A stretch of 63,866 nt of DNA, counting the filler, from Corallochytrium limacisporum Hawaii (taxonomy: Eukaryota > Protista > Pluriformea): NCBI GenBank assembly GCA_002811645.1. It is 5 parts of 5 records of this genome, joined end to end, with 100 filler letters (N's around TTAATTAATTAA, not from the genome) between each part and the next. Parts side by side here need not be neighbours in the genome. Positions count along the whole stretch, not along the records: positions 56,713 to 63,866 come from PDIP01000256.1; 4 more parts are not named here. One strand, written 5' to 3'. Shown piece by piece: positions 56,805 to 63,866 of this stretch (its first letter is position 1; each line of letters begins with the position of its first letter). Under the pieces are notes generated by a model that saw only the letters and a list, made by a program, of their open reading frames with translations, was not told the DNA's origin and ran no database searches. A program made the translations under genes and the position numbers.

Positions 56805-59800
56805 TGTTTAGTTCTTTCTTCAAAACTGTACGAAGGGCGTCCACATGTTGATGTGGGTCGGACTATAAGGACATCTGCTCCGAAAGACAATGGACAGCCC
56901 GCGTTAACGAAGAAATTGCAGGACTGGGATGATAACTCAACCTGTCTGTGAGAGCGGACCATTCTGTCCAGAAACCCACAAGTATTTGCCCCGTTTATAG
57001 GATGCCTTTCTGAACACGAACAGCATTCTATTGTCACCTGTTTTCATAGGGGTAAACCTAGCTGCCAATGATCACCAGACAACTTAACGGCGAGGTTTGA
57101 GCTATTGGCTCATGGTATATCATCGCCACATCCACAACAAAATGAGGACAATCCAGGACCTTGCCCCGTATGGTGGCGGTGTTTTCACTCATTTGCCAGA
57201 TGTTACTAATTTCATACTCACATGCTTGCCATTTGTCGCACCGAAGACGCGGTCCATACGGTTCCCCACGGTGACAATGATTTGAGACATCTTAAGCAGT
57301 GGCTTTGTTGGCGCCAGAACATATATCGACGAGTCGGCATCATGCAGTGTTGAAGCTGTTAGGTAGGCAGCTGCCTGATTACAACTCGACTGGTGGTACT
57401 ACATCCATTCATTTTTGTCTTCCAAATTTTGTGCCAACTGTTGCGTAATACCGCTCAAAGAGAGGGTGCTCCAGGGTGGAGGTAGTCCACAAGTATAACA
57501 CCCTCCTGCTAACAAGAGCACCTTCAGGATTCATACTTAACACCTTATAGGTTTTCTGTGCTCTATGATACATTGAAACTTTAGATTGAAAATGTTTGTG
57601 GTTTGCGAATGTTTCCCAGACTCCACAGAGCAGGTGCGCACACAACGGATACTACAGGACCCAGCCATCTTAAGATAAGACTAGTCTGCACTCTAGGTAG
57701 CGGCATGGAGATGGGGGCATTGATACTCTGTGTCTCATGTGATGTCACACACTTTATCGTTCAAAACATTCTCGACGCGAAGTTCATGCTAAAGATTAGT
57801 CTTGTTGAAGTATCTCGGTCTCCCAGGGGTTTGGCAATGCTTGAGAGCGCCATGTCGTGGCTGTAGTGGTCTCTCAGTGAGTGAATTCGCAAGAGTAGCG
57901 AGTTGCTATTTGGCATCTGATGGAATTTTTATAGGATTGGGTGGATAGAGATCAGTGTCATAACCTACGATCGGTTTTGAATGGGGAGAAAACATATTCT
58001 CACCGATCTCCAGGACGTCATGGTTGAGTTTGTGAACCATTTGTTCGGAAATTGGCCTTCGATTTCAAACAAAGAAATATGAACCCAACATTATCAGACC
58101 TTCCTTGTCTCGCTTATGAATACGGCGCCCCTCTCAAGTTCCACGGCTAATGCCAGCAAACCTGATTCGCAAATCACCCCTCCTCTTCAGAAATAATGCG
58201 AATGATCGTTGATTCTTGCTGTTATGGCATACCAAAAACAAAAACTGATGAACCATTTATGGTCCTCTGCCTTTTTGAATTGGAAGCACAGCTATATCAT
58301 TTCTTTCTTTTCCTGTAGCAATTGTCCGCCCTTCCTAATTCTCTGTTTCGTTCTAATTTCCGTCTCATGTTTCAAATGCGCGATCTGGGCCATATAAGTG
58401 TCTATTTGCTGTTGATTCAAAGTAAACATTCAGCGCAAAAGTCGAGAATGGATTCTTCGCACACCCAAACTTCAGACTCCATTTCTTCTGAGACTCTTTT
58501 CTGCTAACAAGAGTGCACCAACTTCACGTTCAAAAACGGTGACTTTTTTCCTTGGCAAGTACTCCTCACATTGTACACGTGTGTCATGGCTCCGTCACTC
58601 GCGATAAAGATTCGCCGACCGCCCTTTCGAGTGGTTGACGAATGGAGGAAGTCTGTGTATGTGCATATTTCCCGATAGGTTTGCTCTCCGAAGTATAATT
58701 TTCTGGACGAGATTACCAAAAATGGAGGCCCAACAAGCGCTGTTTGGCTACCAGTGCAGGCCCGTCGCATCTGCGAAAAACTAGGAATGTTAGTTACTCT
58801 AAGGGATTGATCTGGTCAGTCCTTGGCATTTACAAACGAGCCTAAGAGTTGACACGAGGAAGGAAAGCGCGAGTTTCATTGTGTTACCATCGGACAATCT
58901 CGTAGCATAACTGGTTTCTGTTTGTCTTGTTTTCCCCGGTTTGGTTGAACAGTGTCGTACTCTGGAAGAGTCATCCCTTTCTGTGTGTTTGTCCAACACC
59001 AACGTTTTGTGATCTACCAGAAACCATTGTTTGCGCTTCAGCATGTCAATTCAAGTTAGACATGAAGTCACGAAGTGCGATGGAAACCTTAGGAAGAGAA
59101 TTGCGATGATAAATACCCGCCTCCGAACTGTGGAACAGGTGACAACTATTCCTCAGCCAGAATTTGAGCCTGCTCAGGAAATCCGCCCACATTTCGACGG
59201 ATTTGTTGCCTTTCCCCCCCTCCACCTTTCCTTCATTCTTGTTTGTCCCTCGGCATTCCTTCCGCCAATTCTGGTACACTGCAATATTGAGCTCAGCGGC
59301 TAAAATCTCCAGACCCCTACGCTTTTCGCGTCCTGTGTACCTACCAAGGACCCTCTTAAGCAAAAAGTCCAGGCAATAGATTCGAAGCCGTGCTCATCCC
59401 AACGCATCTCGTCGCTCCTTTGACCTTTTTTGGGTTTAGAGAGGGACACCGCTGTTCTTGTATGGGAGAGAGAGACGAGTGGGGGGACAGCAGCGGCAAC
59501 ATTTTGGAATTACATCGATATGCGTCGCTGTGGAATAATTTGATCGTCTTCCTCCCGGTGCTCCCGCCGCATTACATACCCCCATCAGTATCTAACATTT
59601 CGTTACCGAGACATGGTCTTTGCGACCTGCCCATGTTGGACAAGGTTTGAGCCGAGGAGAGCGAGCACCGAACGGATCATCATATACCCCCAGAAACTGC
59701 ACGTTGGGAAGCGCTACTTCTGGTTGCCTGGGAAGGGTTTTGTACCGGCCAATGCCAAACAGGTGCGCTGGCAGGGAACATAAAGTGAATCAAGCAGACG

Positions 59801-60133
59801 GGGAGTGTTCCCGGTTGGGACTGTACTGACTGCAGGTTACCTTTGGCAGGCCATTGCGAACAACATATTCGATAACTGTTCGGCAAAAGATTCAGTTCGC
59901 CGACCCACAGACCAAACATACGCCTTTGGCCGTGTTTCGCTGCAATATTAGCATGTTTACAATATGGTAGTAGTGCCCGAAGTTGTGACATATTCTTTGA
60001 TCTCGCCCTCTGATACGGAATACACGCAGCGCATTCAGACCCCTCTGTAGAAATCCCCCTTCTGCACGTTCTCAAGATATGTCGTCACAGAAGAACGTCT
60101 ATCAGCTGAGAACCCCCACACGCGAAAGAAGTG

Positions 60134-60233
60134 CCCTCTTCCTCACGATTATGGATATAAACACATTCTGCGAAAAAAAATTGCTCTCTCCCTCTCGATT
60201 GTGGAAATAAACACAATTTGCGAAAAAAAATTC
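60134..60233. repeat. Two-copy 50-bp imperfect tandem repeat
   Basis: CCTCWCGATTRTGGAWATAAACACAWTYTGCGAAAAAAAATT repeated at a 50-bp offset. Confidence 0.8.
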
Positions 60234-61242
60234 TGCACGACAGCTACCGATGGATGTGGCTGTTACGTACAGGTACCATCGCGAACATAGAAAAGTGTCG
60301 GCAATACTAGCTGCCTAGTTGCAGGGACGGGGGCCCGCTTGTCTGATCCTTTTCCGGCCAGTGATGAATTCAGTATTGAACCTACTACTGATAATCGCAC
60401 GGAAGCGAGAGATAGGCGTTCACAATAGCAAGCAATATTAACTATTGACTGTTGGTACGCCCTGTGATCGGGTGCAAATCCAAGCCGAACAAGCCCGTGC
60501 ACCGAAGGTGGACGTGGTGAGAATGTTCTGATTCCCTCTTGGCCAATAATGAATGTACTGTTGGTACGGCAGATCTCCTTGCATTCGTCCCTTTGTTCGC
60601 TGCCGCCTGCTTGCGTCAAAATTGATACTACCGCACACACGGGGACATAACCAAAAAAGGGTTTTTTGTGTTTGGGCAAAGAACGACAGTGCTGAATATT
60701 CACAAACCCGACACGGCGGCCGTATCTAAATTGTAGTCGTACCCGCGCGCTGAGTGTTCCGGGGCCATAGCAAATTGGAGGCGAAAAATTGCCAAGTGTA
60801 CTCATATTTCTACGCTCGCGCCGTTGCCGCTTATGATCCATTTCGATTAGTGAAACGGAAGAGTCAGAAGAGAAAAGAAGTCTCTTCGCCGTGAAGGAGA
60901 GAGATGCCTTTGCACGCTTTGGATCGCATCCAAACAGCGTCTCCCTCCCCCCCCCCTCCCCTCCCTCGTTTTCCGTCTCTNNNNNNNNNNNNNNNNNNNN
61001 NNNNNNNNNNNNNNNNNNNNNNNNNNNNNNNNNNNNNNNNNNNNNNNNNNNNNNNNNNNNNNNNNNNNNNNNNNNNNNNNNNNNNNNNNNNNNNNNNNNN
61101 NNNNNNNNNNNNNNNNNNNNNNNNNNNNNNNNNNNNNNNNNNNNNNNNNNNNNNNNNNNNNNNNNNNNNNNNNNNNNNNNNNNNNNNNNNNNNNNNNNNN
61201 NNNNNNNNNNNNNNNNNNNNNNNNNNNNNNNNNNNNNNNNNN

Positions 61243-61498
61243 AGGTGCAAACCCTATTGCCTTTTTTACTACTTTGATTCTTTTCCTGTGTCTCACTATT
61301 CCATTGTCGTAATTTGCATGAGCACTCCAAGTAACATACACAAACCGGATATGTGTACCCGTCTCTCTCCTTTTTGGGTCATGGTGAGAGGCAGGCCGGC
61401 TTTCTGTGCCTTTTTTCGCTTTCGCTCGTGTCACCCCGGGAGCCGACTAATTGGCGGCGCATGGAAGCAGTAGTGGACGAAATAGGGTTTGCACCTAT
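61243..61498. mobile_element. Putative MITE (~255 bp) with 16-bp perfect terminal inverted repeats
   Basis: AGGTGCAAACCCTATT (61243-61258) and AATAGGGTTTGCACCT (61481-61496), the latter running into ATAA. The left end abuts an N gap, so the target-site duplication cannot be seen. Confidence 0.6.
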
Positions 61499-62534
61499 AA
61501 CCCCGGAGCCAAAAAGCAGGGAAATGGATTAACTTTCCGAGTGGGGCTTGTTAAGTAGATTTGAAACAGAGCATATCACACTCCGTACTATGAAGCATAG
61601 CTAGGTGTCCCGCCCCCCCCCCTCCGAGGACACATAGTCAGAAACAACGAAATAGTGCTCCGGAAATACTAAAAATGGTCCTCTATGTCGCCTCCAAGCA
61701 TCAAGACGTCCAGAAATTCATGAATTTGCACTATAGAAAAGTGAATGAAGAACGAAGGTGGGGACCGATGGTATATTGAAAGACATCAATTCGCTATAGC
61801 CACCAAAGCGGGCTATACAGAACGAGGTCTACAGTGAGGAAGGATGATCGCATTTATTCCATGAGGAACAAGCACGAGTGGGAGGGAAGTGGGGGGAAGA
61901 AGAACCCCTGCGCTCCGCGCGGGGAGAAGGGTGGAGGGGGGAAAGTGGGGGGAAAGGCCTACTTTTAAAGTTTGCCCACAAACTAGGCGCGATGCGGAAA
62001 AATGAGACGCCGGTACTAAGTGACCTCTTGGCTTTTGCCTCGTTTTGCTCCATTGGTGCACCGTTCCTCGGCCCTTTTCGGCACTCTGTGAGAGAGAAAA
62101 GGCAAAAGCAACCTTAAGGTCTGGACCAGGGAGCAAATCGGAATCCAGTAAGTAAGAAGAGCCGGTAGGTCATTAAAAGGTCAACAGAAAAGGACACACA
62201 AAAAAACGTTGACGGTGCAAAAAAATATTCAACAGGAAAGATTGAGCCAGCTCGTTATAGTCAAGCTGTGGAAGATGCAGGATGAGTTGAGGAACAGGTG
62301 AAGCGGGAGGAGGGAGGGAAAAGGAAGGAACGAAAGGGGAGAAGGGAAACCCCAAATCAGGACTTGCGTTGGGGTCCCCTCTCCTAAGCAGCGGTTAGGA
62401 GAACAGATAGAAGCGCCAGCAAATACCCCGAGAGAAGGAACTCTTGAGCGCTCTACATGAAGGGATCTTGTCTATGTCGCTTTGTGCCCCGATGGTCGAG
62501 TCGTACGCTTGAGGGGCACGCGTTGTAACCTCGG

Positions 62535-62543
62535 GTATTTAAG
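62535..62543 (+). promoter_or_regulatory. TATA-like box
   Basis: GTATTTAAG 104 bp upstream of ATG 62639. Confidence 0.55.
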
Positions 62544-62638
62544 AAGCGCCGTCCTCACTATCGCTGTGAAAGGGAGAATGTAATCATCAAGCCACAATTG
62601 CTCAAAACAGTACAACTACTTCACACTACAAAGCAACC

Positions 62639-62917
62639 ATGAAGACCTCTATGATCATCGCTACCTTCGCTGGTGTCGCCCAGCAGACCTTCGCTGCCGT
62701 CGAGGACATCGTCATTATGGGCTCTGGTCACACTGACGAGGACACCTCCGCACTTACCGGAGGCACCGAAGCCTCCGTTGGTACCAGCTCTACTGCCAAC
62801 GTTGCCCTCATTGCTGGTGTTTCCGTTGGTGCCGCAGTTCTTGTCGGTGCTGGTGTTGCCGGTTACTTCTACAAGAAGAACCGCGCTGCTCCCGTCGAGG
62901 AGGCTCTTGACGCCTAA
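62639..62917 (+). CDS. Small (92 aa) type I membrane protein
   Basis: Signal peptide, short Ser/Thr/acidic ectodomain, GxxxG-rich TM (ALIAGVSVGAAVLVGAGVAGYFY), KKNR stop-transfer. Very strong codon bias, upstream TATA and downstream AATAAA. Confidence 0.82.
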   Translation: MKTSMIIATFAGVAQQTFAAVEDIVIMGSGHTDEDTSALTGGTEASVGTSSTANVALIAGVSVGAAVLVGAGVAGYFYKKNRAAPVEEALDA

Positions 62918-63786
62918 GCGGTTGCAATTCGCCTGTGCGAGATGCAATAGCAAGGCCGGTCCCTGCCATGGGTACAACTCGCACGTAACACGTTCTCAAT
63001 GTAGTTGTACAAATATTAATAAACACCCTGCTCGATCAACCAGCACTTTTTCCATCCAATTAGTCGTTTCTGTTCTTTCTCGCATGCTCTTCACACATCG
63101 TACATGCCTATGACTTAATGTACAAAACGACTTGCACAGTATAGTACTGACCAGGGCCATCTGCTGATCTACTGATCCACGGAGAGGTGTTTCTGTACCG
63201 CTCTGAAGTCAGTCAGGCAGTACCATGCCCCATAGAAGAAGTCTAAAAAGTCCTTTCACTTACTCATGTTTGGGTGAAATTACCTCGCAGACATGCAGTG
63301 GGAACCTTCCGGCCACCGGACTTCGTGGACGACACGTCGAAATCTTAGACGTACAGATTAGCCGGTACAATGCTCTATGTAATAGGCACTCTACGTGTTG
63401 TGAATATAACATGTCCTACAGTAATTTGTCTATGTTAGCTACATGTGCTTCTTCATCAATCCCGTCAGCACCGCACTAGCAGAACACTCCATAGCAGTCT
63501 CGGTGTGGGTTTGGCTAAGGGTTTCAATATTGTATTATGTCTCTCTCTCTTGGTAGCCGAAGGCTAATATACATCCAGTCAATCTCGGGTGAACTGTCGC
63601 ATGTTGTGAGAGCATGGCTTTTTCAATCTCATATTACCATCCTGCTCCAGATCATGCCTATCCACGATGTTCAAGACAGCCTGAACAATTTGTGATGAGA
63701 TTCCACCATGAACCGTCTGAAATTAGGCCCCCAATTCTCGTATGGCTGTCGCTCCTATTGGGTTCGAAAGTTCCCGCTTAATTTGA

Positions 63787-63821
63787 GTACCACCCTCTGT
63801 CTGGGAATATTGTATCAAATC
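63787..63821 (-). repeat. 35-bp contig-end motif, copy 5
   Basis: GATTTG ATAC AATATT CCCAGA CAGAGG GTGGTAC, 45 bp from the window end. Confidence 0.8.
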
Positions 63822-63866
63822 TACTCTTTTTGATTTAGCTCTGCCGTCGCTTGGGAGAGCGGGAAA

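Noticed and set aside
56900-60900. 4-kb gene-free stretch examined for retroelement or transposase remnants
   Set aside because: No RT, integrase or transposase motifs were visible.
1-63866. tRNA, rRNA or CRISPR features
   Set aside because: None recognised by eye; tRNAscan-SE/Infernal would be needed to exclude small RNAs.

Overview
Eukaryotic, apparently intron-free draft scaffold with 8 N-gaps; four are artificial 100-bp N44-TTAATTAATTAA-N44 joins. Gene content (EGR/WT1-type zinc finger, HIP1/Sla2, Ariadne E3, CYP4-clan P450, LNR/TSP1 receptor) points to an opisthokont, probably a unicellular holozoan; an intron-poor lineage such as Corallochytrium is an inference only. About 14 protein genes are supported. 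Main result: a compact cluster at 39.4-54.9 kb. It holds two cellulose-synthase-like GT2 paralogues (D,D,D,QRSRW plus FxVTxK, no PilZ) interleaved with three paralogous type II membrane proteins. These three carry LEA_2/DUF3712-like beta-rich domains and a shared six-cysteine signature, and the third is fused to a GH9 endoglucanase. This looks like a clustered cellulose/beta-glucan wall-synthesis system with synthase, companion and hydrolase parts. Second result: an ungapped 35-bp motif (GATWYG-N4-AWWMWT-N6-CAGAGG-RTRGTAY) sits 27-57 bp inside a contig end at all four 100-bp joins and at the window end, always pointing into the contig. It is a candidate breakage, recombination or insertion-target signal.
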